This document shows, one piece after another, positions 11,355 through 23,700 of a stretch of 60,070 nt of DNA. The DNA lies in the NCBI RefSeq assembly GCF_002113885.1, contig NW_018404575.1:4725-64794 (forward strand), given 5' to 3'. Made by a program: the position numbers and the translations under genes. Each line of letters opens with the position of its first letter. Position 1 is the first letter of the stretch. Below the pieces are notes generated by a model. The model searched no databases. It saw only the letters and a list, made by a program, of their open reading frames with translations, and had not been told where the DNA came from. The DNA is from Mizuhopecten yessoensis (Eukaryota).

Positions 11355-12810
11355 ATCACAGTACAGGGCGACGCACTGGGAATTACAGTACAATGCAACG
11401 TGCTGGATAACACAGTTAATGTTGACGTATAGGGTATCACAGTACACTGCGACATACTGGGCATCACAGTACAGGGTGACTTCCTGTGTATCAGAATACG
11501 GTATCAAAGTACAGGGCGATGTACTTGGTATCACAGTAGAGGTCGACGCAATTGGTTTCACAATACAGGGTCACGTGCTGGGTAACACAGTTAATGGTGA
11601 CATACTTGGTATTACAGTACAGGGCGACGTACTGGGTATCGAAATACAGGGTTACGTCCTGGGTATCGCAGTACATGGCGACGTACTGGGTATCAAGGGA
11701 CAGGGTGACCTCCTGGGTATCACATTATGTGCGACGTACTAGGTATCACGTTACAAGGCGACGCACTTAGAATCACAGTACAGGGCGAAACACCGGATAT
11801 CAAAGGACAGGGCAACGTACTTGGTATTACAGTACATAGNGGGGTATTACAGTACATAGTGACATACTGAGTATCACAGTACAGGGCAACGTACTAGTAT
11901 CACGTTACATGACGACGTGCTGAGTAACACACTTCATGGCGACGTACTGGTATCACAGTATATGGCGACGCACTGGGAATCACAGTACATGGGGACGTTA
12001 TGGGTATCAACTCACAGAGGGACGTACTGTGTATCAAAGTACAGGGCGACGTACCGGATATCAAAGTTTAGGTCGATGTACTGGGCATCGCAGTACAAGC
12101 CGACATACTGAGTATCACAGTACAGGGTGCCGCACTTGGTATCACAGTACAGGGTGACGTACTGGGTATATCCTGTACAGGGAGACGGACAGGGAATCCC
12201 AATACATTGTGACGTTCTAGGTATCAAGTTACAGGGCAATGTTCTTGGTATCACAGTACAGGCAGACACACTGGGTATCACAATACAGGGCGACATATTG
12301 GGTATCACAGTACATGGCGACATACTGGGTTTTACATGACAGGGTGACGTACTGGGTATCACAGTACAGGGCGACGCACTGGGAATCACAGTACAGCGTG
12401 ACGTACTGGGTATCACAGTACAGGGCGACCGACTTTGTATCAAGGTACAGGGACACCTATTTGTGTATCACAGTTCATGACAATGTTCTCGGTATCACAA
12501 TTTAGAATGCCGTACTGAGTAATAAAGTATAGGGCAAAACTTCGGTAATACAGTACAGAGCGAGGCACTGGATATTACAGAACTCGTACACAGACTGGAT
12601 ATTGCAGCACAGCGCGACGTATGTAGTATCACACTATGTGATTACGTACTAGGTTAACAGTACAGAGCTTGGTAACGAGTACAGGACGTCGCACATGGTA
12701 TCAGAGTACAGAGCGACGCACTTGGTATCACAGTGTAGGGCGTTGTCCTGTGTATCACAGTCCAGGGCAGCCTACTTGGTATGGCATTATAGGAAGAAGT
12801 CTAGGTAAAA
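11355..12810 (-). repeat. Same 27-bp array in reverse orientation (TATCACAGTACAGGGCGACGTACTGGG); contains an assembly N at 11840
   Basis: Unit is the reverse complement of the 10259-10906 unit; the minus-strand ORF again reads PSTSPCTVI. Confidence 0.92.
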
Positions 12811-12844
12811 TGTACTGGCTAAGGAGATATGTGTGGTAAATAAT

Positions 12845-13192
12845 TCTTATACTGACTACGAAGGTCGGTCGTCTGTCTTTACGGTACTTGGACTTGTACT
12901 GACTACGATATCGTTCGTCTGTCTGTACGGTACATATACCTTGTACTGACTTTGGAGGTTGAACGTCTGTCTGTCCGGAACATCAATATTGTACATACTT
13001 CAGAGTTATCTCGTCTGTTAGGACGGTACATACACATTGCACTGGCTACTCAGGTCAGCCGTCTGTCTGTACGGTACATACACATTGTACTGACTATGGA
13101 TATCGTTTGTCAGTCTGTGCGGTATATACATCTTGTACTGACCCCGTAGGTTTGTCGTCTGTCTTTACGATACATTCACCTTGCACTGACTT
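12845..13192 (+). repeat. 48-bp minisatellite, ~7 units
   Basis: Unit close to CTTGTACTGACTACGGAGGTCGGTCGTCTGTCTGTACGGTACATACAC; 16-aa period LSVRYIHIVLT; same family as 57535-58455. Confidence 0.88.
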
Positions 13193-13319
13193 TAACAACA
13201 CTCTCGGAAAACAATTGAATACTTAAGATAATTGCAGTGCTTGTAAAAAAGGCATTGTTGTGTACGGATAAAAAACTATTGTTTTCCTGTAAAAAGACGA
13301 CATTAAATATGTGATCAAA

Positions 13320-15465
13320 CAAAATGGCTGACACTCAGGCGAGATGTATTGCAAAATAATTGAGGGAATTTCCACAAAACATCAAAAGATGTAAATATCT
13401 TTGTTAAAATCCCACGCAATATTTCGCGTCTTTCTCAAATCCTGTTTTTTTATAAAGGCTCAAATTATACACTGTTTAGTTAATATCCAAATAAATTATC
13501 CCCGGTAGAGTGATTTTGAATAAAGCATTGATAAGTCATAGGATACCATTATATCAGGACAAGTCTGTAACAAGAGCTAGGTGCGTGTACATTTCATCTT
13601 CCCGGCATGAGTATTTGTCCAACCGTAACGAGTATAGTCATTACCAAAAGAAAATATCAACTCAACAAAATTTGTTAAGTGTTTTAAACCTAGGGACTAT
13701 GCACTATCTCTTAAAATATTGATAGTATATTCATAAACTAGCAGCAGATATAGTTCCACTAACGTAGAGTAGCCGTAGAAAAGGAACTATTTTCACGCAG
13801 CTTTTACACATTTATTGTTTTGAGACGATGGTGTGACTGAGAGGTAGGGATGCTTGTGTATGGTACACACTAAGTGTACGCTTATGTTGACATTTATATA
13901 TGTTCAGGGTCTTTTGTACTGGTAGAGTAAAATATACACGGCGGTATGTTTCCATAGGCGGTAAATGGTCAAAGATATGTACGTGTATGTACGTGTAAAA
14001 CGTTTAACAAGCAAATTGTGTACTTTAAAAAATCACAAACTGATAACAATATTATGACTATTAATCTTATACACCACATATCTGACATAATATAGTTTGA
14101 CTAGATATTATTCCCCCACAAATTATGTAATTTTGATATTGTAGATGATATCTAAATCATACTAAAGTAGGGTAACACATTAGATGTTCTATCATCATTT
14201 GTCGATCAAACATTTAGCTTTACGTCACAATTTCCAATTTTCTTTCTTTCTTAACATAGAACCCTGAAAAAACGCACCAATTAATTAATATAAACTAGCT
14301 ATTCAAGTGATTTTATCTAGAAGAAAAAGTTTCACTCGCCTCCATCGGGTCAATACTAAAACTAGTATTGCAGTTTGGTGTACATTATCGATACAATATT
14401 AAGCGCTGATGATTAAAGAGGAAGCAGTAGTTGTAGGTACAAACAAGCAGTGTGGGCAATGGTGTTAATAAATAAAGAGCGAGTTATCAATGCGTTGACA
14501 AACCACAATTCGCGAGTCAGGTAGACAAGCCAAAGGTTAACATGATAGTCAACATGTTACCAACAAGCATTTCCCCAAAAGGCGGAAGTTTATGAAGATG
14601 TTGTACATACTGATAGTTTTGCAAAATAATATAGAACTTCCCCATTCAATTCATTTCCTTTGAGGTAAGTGCGATTAAACATTTTTTGTTTTGCTGAATA
14701 GATATGTTCTGCCACACCCTAAACACGATCGTATCTACTTCAAAGAATACAACTGTGATGCTAATGACAAGATAATTATCCTTATTTGCTATAACTCACA
14801 TACTAGTGCTTATTCATTGAACTGTGCTGATCAACTATACAGCTTACAGTTACAGGTGTTGTATACGGAGAGTGACATAACTTGCTCCTCAAACAATGAC
14901 CAAGGCCACTGAAAATTATGGAAGAAAGATTCTAAACACAGGAATTTTGAAATCAAACACTCACACCCTTATCGTGTCTCTTTCTGTAAAAGTCCCTCTG
15001 ACAAACCATAAAGTAATGTTCATGGAGACAAGATGTGCTGATGCTAATGACAATCGAGCTACTAAATCGTACACAAGTAGCTATGTATCTCCTCACAATG
15101 TCATAATTAACCATTGTACTGGTTACCGAGTGTACTGTACATAATAGCATGAATACCTTTGAGGAGAAGCCATTTTTCTTGTGGAAAAAATGTCTTTGTA
15201 TACGGTATAAATATTATGTCGTCAAAAATACGGCACCGAGTTTGAGTGCCAAAAAAATGGATGCCGATCAGGCAAGAATATTGGACAATACTCGAGGAAA
15301 TTTCCACAAAACTACAAGCGGTATAATATCTCTGTGAGAAATCCATAGCATTTCTGATGTCTTTTAAATATCTTGTTTTTTATGGAGATTCAAATAATAC
15401 ACTGTTTAATCCTTATCCCATTGTAATTATCCTCGGTTGAGTGGTTTGGAATGAAGCTTTGATAA
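13320..15465 (+). repeat. Two diverged copies of a ~210-bp interspersed repeat (13320-13535 and 15255-15465)
   Basis: Shared colinear blocks aaaatgg..tcaggc..gagg(g/a)aatttccacaaaac..atacactgttta..ttatcc.cggt.gagtg..ttgataa. Confidence 0.7.
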
Positions 15466-15812
15466 CAAACACGACACAGTTAAATAAGGACAACAGTGAT
15501 CTCGGTTTAACGACGGTGTATTGGTCAATTTGATATTATCTCTGAACTCAGATATCAATGTACACATATACAAGCTATTTACTTGCATACCTATTGCATG
15601 TATTGCTACAAACATTAGGCAATAACGACTGGGTAATTCAGCTTTATTAATCAGTAGTATCCAAACAGCGCAGTCTAAAATCCGTAACAGGAGAGCGTAT
15701 GGCGTATACGGTGAACCGATCAGGCAAAAAACCTTGCCCCGCGTTAAGACAAAGACACAATTAAAACAGCAGAACTACCCTATCATATGTGTCATTGTTT
15801 ATTTAGAGACGT

Positions 15813-17298
15813 TTAACGGGGCATCAGGGTGAAGTAACTTTATTTTTTGCCTTTTTTTCAAATACTACATAAACATATCAAGTGAAACTCCTTATGGAAA
15901 ATAACGATCGGATTTGGCTGAAATAGATTCATAAAAATGATTAAATCTAAGAAAATCATCGGTATTTCTACCTGTCTGACCAACGTTATGTTCAGGGATT
16001 TCCCTCTATTAGCGCATGCGCATAGCACACCATTTCTTTGTAAACAAAATGACTGGCCGTGTGAAGTAAGCGAAAGAAAAGTGTTGTACCGTGTCAGCTA
16101 CGAAACGAAAAGTTGCCAAATGGTCAAAAGATAGCGCAAGGAGTACGTTACGGAATCATTATTGCAGGTGGGCAGTATTCAAAGGAGAAAATAACTGCCG
16201 TAGCAGTTAGTACGGTGCATGTATTCTTCCGGATAGCCGGTTAAGCTGAAATGGAATCGACAGAAATGCTAGCGCTGTTTATGTTATGAATAAATATCTA
16301 AAACTATTAAGCTCGCTAGTATCTTTGTCTGAGTTTGAACACAGATGAACTTAGTTTAATATGTTAATGGGCATGTATTGGAGAGAGTTTACTTTGTGTT
16401 TCTATAATTATACAGTGGTTTATGCGAAAGGAAGGGATAAGTGACTGGTTAGTTTGATTTTTCCATGAGGCCCTCCAAGGGATAACTGTTGTGATGGCCC
16501 ACGGCGTATTTTCTGGGTCACCGAGATACGTGTTATCGAAGTTCGTGGATTTACATAATTTATAATATTACCGGGTTCAATAAAATGGTATGATTTAATT
16601 ATATTGCTGAATTAAACGAACGATTATTTTTGTTTTTACATGCAAGATTTAAATTAGTACTAATATGAATACCCGGCCTCCTCTGCCCCGGCAACATATA
16701 AAAAAAATCAGAAAGGTTTGTCCCTTGGTGTAGGGAAGGTGTTTAGCCCCGCACCATCTGTACCGGCCATATTCCGGTACTAAATTCAATACATATTTAA
16801 ATATATCTACTTTATGTTTATGCCTATTATCATTGTTGACATTTAATTGTAAATGTATAACGGGAGAAGGCTGTGATAAATTGTAAAAACTTGTGCCCCA
16901 TCCCTTGTTTAATTTTATTGGCAACACATTTATGTTTAAAGCTAAATAAATTTAAATTCTGAATATTGGCAAGTGTGCAATTAACTTCTAATGATGAATA
17001 ATACTGTTCAAAAAACTTGGTTTCTTAGTGCGGTAAGAAGTTGCAGTTGCATGACGGCCCCTCTCTGGGGGCCCCCTTGGAAACCGTTTCATCTCGCTCG
17101 CACCACTTGTGTTTACTGCCTAGTCAGGTGACGTTATCGGCGCTATTTTTAGCAGGGCTTTCCCGAACAATTCAAGTGGTCAAACTGGACATTTGGAACG
17201 GACTATGAATATGGGGATAGCGAGGTAACATAAGTGGAAGTGCATACAATACATATATTCATTTAAAAAAACCGCCTTTTCACCTGATGTCCCTTTAA
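15813..17298. mobile_element. Possible non-autonomous TTAA-targeting DNA transposon (Kolobok-like)
   Basis: Left end TTAA-cggggcatcagggtgaag; right end read in reverse complement TTAA-agggacatcaggtgaaa. Imperfect TIRs flanked by TTAA; no transposase ORF. Confidence 0.45.
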
Positions 17299-17869
17299 AG
17301 CATTATCTCTGTATGTTTACTTTTCTTTAAATTTCAGTTGCAGTTTCTTGACCAATTATCTCCTGCTCCCTATCTCACCAAAAGTAAAGATTCTCTTGAA
17401 AATCATGTTGTATTGATAGTCTGTCGTCGCTGATTTATATATCCTTCTTACGTAGGATAACATTTAGGATGTAATCTAACCACTCGGCGAATCTATAATT
17501 GGCACGTTACGATGTTCAACATATTTCCTTCTTGCACAAACATGTAGACCTGAATGACTAATTAATTAGCTATACAAGTAATAAAAAAATAACCAAAAGC
17601 ATCAATCGGGCAAATAATAACATTGCGGTATGGTGCATACTATTTAATACATGTTAAACGATAACGATTGTATATGAAGGTATAGTTGCGAAGAAGTAGT
17701 GTTCAGAAAAAAATAAGTAAGCATGATCCACTTTTATTAAAAGTTGTCCAATTATCATTTAAATATTATGTAGCTGTTGCAAGGACGTTAAATAAATGAT
17801 CTCTACCGTAAACTGATCTCAGTGTATCAACTCATGTACTTATGTTGTAACCTTCCAATTAATGTGGTT

Positions 17870-18115
17870 AACAAATTAGTCAAAAACCTGTAGACAAGCC
17901 AAATATACAACATCATGATGTGGTATCCGTAGCTCTGATTTTGACCGAAACCTTATGACCATGAATTTTGACGGACTTTAGTGATTGATGTCAGAACACT
18001 TGTTCGAAGTTTCATAATGAACTTGGTTCAACGCTTTTATCAGAAAGTTACAGACAAGTCAAATCTTAACAGACGGACAGACAGACAGCATGACACCAGC
18101 ATACTCTCCTTTACA
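17870..18115 (+). mobile_element. Possible Helentron-associated non-autonomous (HINE/pearl-like) repeat fragment
   Basis: gaagtttcat... core followed by an acagacggacagacagacag microsatellite and a short tail, an architecture common in bivalve repeats. Confidence 0.35.
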
Positions 18116-18782
18116 ACCTCAGTTGCTGTATAAATAGATGTTTTAGATAATACAAACGTTGGCGAAACATAGAACAGAACTTCCATGTACATTGATTTGC
18201 CTACAAGGTAATTGAGAAGGACATGTTTGCCTTGACGATTACTTTTGTATTAAAGTTTTAATTTGCAATACCAACACATCGAATCCCATGGTGTGATTGA
18301 CCGTTAAATATATGTGTACTAGCAAGGTAGCGTACTGTTAAAACAATATGAAGAAGGTTATGACAATATCAGTTTTGACGAGATTTTACTGTTACTAAAT
18401 ATTTGTATTGATTAGTTTATTTAATTGAAAACATGTCTGTATTTGCTTGCTTTATTTAAACATTTAATTCAATACCGTTAAAGAGCAGACTCTACACCTA
18501 TTCTGATGATTTTAATAGACCTTTTTTATTGGATAGATAACTTTGTATTTTGATTGATAATACAACAAAACAGATACAAAAAAATATAACAATTTTTGTA
18601 TGTGGTATTGCAAAAATGAGTTGTATAAAGCGCAGTTCACAGAAACGTTTCTGGTTTGTTTGTCCACTAATTGTACACTTTGTTGACTATTATAAATGTT
18701 CGTTTGAAAATTGTTTATTCTAAAATAAGGGTAGATAAAACACTAAAATGACCAGTTTTCAAGATGATCACTCCCATACCTT

Positions 18783-20762
18783 TTACACTAACTGAAAGAT
18801 ACGGATATAGTCCCTCTCGTCGTCTGTAATACTAGTATTAGCTACTACAAATGTGTCACCACAAACAGCTATTGCCCGTGGATATGTTATTCCATCTGAT
18901 GACGTCAGCAGCTCTCTGACGTGTGTTCCGTCTCCTGACATCTGTACGATGTTGTTTGATTCCCCACCACACACGTAGATGTTACCCTCTCTGTCCACGT
19001 CTATTCCTCTAGCTTCCCTCACGACACCGACTTTCGCCACATCCGTACGACGTTTGTCAGCCGAAAGTCTAGATACCGCGACGTCCCCCGGGTTGGTGTT
19101 ATTGACACTGACAAGTGTGTCTCCCTTTTTGATATCATGAGTGAGGGACCGACATGTGTTGTTATATCTGTATAACAAGTCGGCTGCTCCGTTCTGTGTC
19201 ACACTGTATACTTCTCCCTCGCCTGTACCCACGACCAACCTCCCGTCTGTATGTGTTATACCATAACAGTTTTTACCATTTGACACATTGATCGCAGATG
19301 TCAGGGAGAGTTTTGAGGCCTTGACTTTCATGAGATGAACACAGCCAGGACTGCTGACGGCAACCGCTATCGTGTTTTTGTTTACCAGACACATATCCAA
19401 GGGATTTCCACGAACAATCACCTCGTTCAGGTACTGTCCTTTGTCTGTAAATAACTTCAGTTTTTTGTTGTAGAAATCACTTACTACTATCTGTGCACTC
19501 GGCATACACATAACGCCACGGGCATAGCTATTCTGTTTATCTGACGGGGACTTGATGTTAAATTTTCCGATTTCTTTCACACGTCGTTCTGACATGGGGT
19601 TTGCTAAATCGATATGGCTCCAAGGGATGCATCGTGGTTGTTTTCCGACGACGATCTTTCCCATCGCGTTATCACCAATGATATCATGTCCGGGAACAAT
19701 TTGATGCTCGATGCTGAGGGATGTAAATGACTTACACAACATAGTGACCAGAGTCCTACACGACTCTACTTCTGACTGCCCTCTCTGATACAACACTATC
19801 GTCTCAATGTTGTCGTTTTGCTTTACGGCGTTAATGGACGACTTCAGGGTATTTTTCATCCCGTTCATCAGGCGTTCGCACTGCCGTGATGATGCCTCCA
19901 TGTCTCTTTTCTCTTTTTTGAACAATGTAATCATCTCGTCGGTGATGTATTTCTGAAGTTTGTCAAGTCGTTTATCGACCTTTTGACGCAGGCCGGAGAT
20001 GCTCTGCAGTGCAATTTCCTGGTTCTGTATCATGGTTTGGAGTTGATCATCAAAGTCCTTCACTCAGGAGTTCAAACGATCATTTCCTTTCTTCAACGCC
20101 GCCTGCATGTCTTCTAGTTGCGATCCTGCTTTTACCTTATGGCAATATTCCTTCATCTTTGGTACTTTTCCACAACTCCTATGGTCTTCGATCACACATT
20201 CGTTGCAGCACAGACGTTGGTGATCCTCACAATACCGAACCATTTTCTCGCCGTGTTGATAACACCGAGGGGCAGACGTTTCCCTATTTAGTCGTTTGCT
20301 ATGGTTTCCGGTGACATCCAGTATATCACATTCAGTGTGTATGATATCATGAAGTTCTAACTTACAAATGTTGCAAAAGTTCTCGTTCATCGTCTTGCAC
20401 CAATAACTGGCCGGGTTGTTCAGGTTACCTTTTGTCTGGCAGGGTTTGCAGTACAATGGTTCAGACGAACGTTCCTTAAGCTGGATAAGATCCTGGATCA
20501 AACTATTAGTCGGGAATTGCTCTGCCCATTTAGCCCTTGATTCTGCAAGCTGAACAGGAGAGGTCGTCATCCTACAGATCGGACAAGGGAAGGATGTTGT
20601 CGACATCATCTTCCCGGACAGTTCCTTTGTAATATATGTCCCGAGACAATCCTGACAGAAGGAGTGTAGGCACGGTAAGGACTTTGGCAGTTGAAGTTGC
20701 TCAAGGCATATTGGACACTCCAACAAGTGTGAGTCCAGTTCTGAACTCACACTTGTAGCCAT
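18783..20762 (-). pseudogene. TRIM copy 2, full 660-codon frame with one in-frame TGA (20064-20066)
   Basis: ATG at 20762 (MATSVSSELDSHLLECPIC); span 1980 bp, equal to intact copies. AAC TCC TGA GTG AAG aligns to AGC TCA TTA GTG AAG in copies 4/5. No frameshift. Confidence 0.85.
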
Positions 20763-23700
20763 TGTTAAAGTCAGAAGAGTCAACACAGACCTGAAATAGA
20801 AAAGAGAAAAAACTGTGAATATAATATAATACCAAGTGATAGACAGCTATCGAGGCCGGTTAGTAAGACATGTATTCTTTAAATGATTACTGCATAGCTA
20901 ACAGTATAATGTAATCATCATGTGAGGTCGTTGATGTAATCAAGTAAAGGCTAGTTTTTTTTCTTTACATTAATTCTGACTTTAAACGAATTGTTTAAAG
21001 ACATAGATGTGTCTTTAATGATATAGGGTGCGTAATGGTGAAAGTTTCCTTACTACAAGTAGTACCATAGTTTAAGGCTTGGAATTGTTCGAGTCGTAAT
21101 TTTGGGAAATAATTTCACTGTTATCGTTTATACAACGCGTTTTACTTTTTTATTTTTTATTTTGCCTGGTGAATAGTTATGTTTAAGCGGTATTTTTTTA
21201 TAATTTATGTCGATCGTCACTGATAAGTGTTATTGTGTTATGTCTGTTTATATGCATACCTTTTCCATTCAAGAAATAGTGATACAGTTGTAACATCATT
21301 TAAACAGTCATACATGTGTTTTCTTATACATTATTATGTGAAATAATAATCTCAGATATAAGCATACTACCTAATTGTTTGTGAGTCGAGATGTCGTAGA
21401 AGGGGATGCAACTCTTACATTTCCTTGTGGCAAATGTACCGTAAAAATGAATGCAGCTTTCGTTTGATACCAACGATATATACTTATACGCATTAAACGA
21501 TGTTTACTCGCAGTTTTTTTTACAGTTAATCGATTTAGGACAGACAACAGAAAAAAACCTTTTACCGGAGTTTTGGTTTGTATACGTCTGACAAATCCAA
21601 TGTTACAGTTCACCGTGTACTACAAGGAAATCACACATACATGGGTCATTATGGTTTGTTTGTATCATTGACATAGCCTGCATAAAATATAAGTGGTTAT
21701 ACCACTCTTTGACCGTTATACTCACCAATGGAACTCTTATCTGCACAGCTAGGAAGCACAAACTCCTACATACCATACATCTGTTTATACCTTGAATCCG
21801 TATATAACACAGGAAGTATGTCAAGCATTGTATAAATATCGAATGGTCAAGGTGGTATCACAATTCCGGATACTAGACGATTTTCTATGAGTTGTTATAT
21901 TATGCTTTACTGGAAAAAAATACATACCAGTTTCATAAACAATGTTATATCTTTAATAGTATAGAAACTTTCAAAAACGACCTATACTATTTATAGAACA
22001 AATAAAAATATGAAGGCTCCACGATGGCTTATTGCCATGCGGCATTGTGTATTTATGACATTCTGATTACTGGAGCATGCGCTGAATTCATACTGGAAAT
22101 CTAAGCTCATCATGCTTTGTATTTTTTGCACTGAAATAATCAACACCGTGCAAACAAATAACATTGTACGTATTGTCCAGTAGGTAATAGAGTATAGACT
22201 TTGCAAATACAATCAAATGAGAACATTTGAATCTTAATGTTTTAGGGCAAGAATGTGCAAACTGAAGCAGACATTTATATATAAGAGTTCGTGCGAACAA
22301 CAAAACTTTTGTATTTATTATCGGTAATTAATAATATGGATTCCTGTCATTTAACTAACACGTGCCGAAGCGGTGAGGAATTGTGCCAGCCTATATCTGA
22401 ATGTATTTTGTATTTTTTTTGTAAAACTGAGTTGACCGTACTGTTTTCGAATAGGCAAACATATAGGAAAACTGACAATACTTTGATTATGGCGCCCCTT
22501 TAAATCTATATCAACGGAGTCATATTTCCAGCTCATTTACCTGATCTTCACACACTTGTCCCCATCTCAGGTGCCGGTACCTTTCAATATTCGTGTTTAA
22601 ATAGAGAACAGATCATATGTGTTATATGTTATATTGCATTCTATGCTTCAGAGAACAACATCACTTATATACGAAGAACTAATTATATTATGTAATAGTC
22701 AACTACACAACTATTAACGAGTTATCACCTTTGTGAATCTTTCTCTTATAGACATATTGTATGGCCTTATGTCACCGCTATACAATTGCAAAGTCACTCA
22801 AAGTGTTATGAATACTCAGAGAGTATTGACAACGTGCTGATAATTTTTTAAACTCTACCTCAGAGCGACCAAAGCATATTTGTGACATAAATAGAAAGGT
22901 ACCTTTGCGTCTATGTCATGTTATTATGGTATGTGTAGACAACGTTTTCATTTGGTGATTTAACCAAAAAAAAAGGAAAGGTCATCAAGTGCAGCAGATG
23001 TATACGTTCTTTGTGTTTCTGCATCAATCCTAATTGGTAAGTTGGTACTTCCTGACATTGTTTTCCAAGTAATATCCGTACACTCTAACAGTGTATATAC
23101 ATGTTAGTGTGGTTTTATATATCATCTTTCAATTGTAAGCTCCATTCACCATTTATATAAGCTGTAGTTTTCCAACATAATGTATTTCTGCAAATATCAC
23201 ATTATGAATATAAACTTCAGCATTACCAATTAAAATGTTCAATAGGTTTTTTTATCATTTGGAAATGCATAGCAATTTATATGCCTTGTATTGTTGAACA
23301 GTTTTACTATTTTGCTATATAAGAAAATACTGCATTTTATGCAGTTTAAGGCCAAACAAGTGCGAACGTTGTAATGACCTTCGTTTCCGAGATAATATAT
23401 ATTTTTAATATACCTCGACTCAGCGGCTATCGCCCCGATATGGGTACATGAAGCTCACATATGTGACGTCACAAGTTTAACGCTGCCTTATAGACTGTAC
23501 TGGGGCTGCGATCGTGAACTTTTTAGTTATGTATATTATATATCCCGTCATCATTGACTTATGTAGGTAAAGTTTAAAGTGATACATACACTGTACATAT
23601 AATGACTTTTTTTTACACAATTTAATGATGGAATGCGTTCCTTTTGAGAAGGCAAACGATGTGCTGTATGCGAGTGTCCGAACACAAATGCAGATGATAT

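Noticed and set aside
10370-12505. Repetitive ORFs (STSPCTVIP, VSQYRATYW, LYCDTQYVA) as mucin-like or repeat proteins
   Set aside because: Several frames on both strands are open because the 27-bp unit is a multiple of three; frequent breaks and no gene structure.
20064-20066. TGA as selenocysteine or programmed read-through
   Set aside because: It aligns to Leu/Val rather than Cys, the context TGA-G is not a leaky TGA-C, and no SECIS was recognised by eye.
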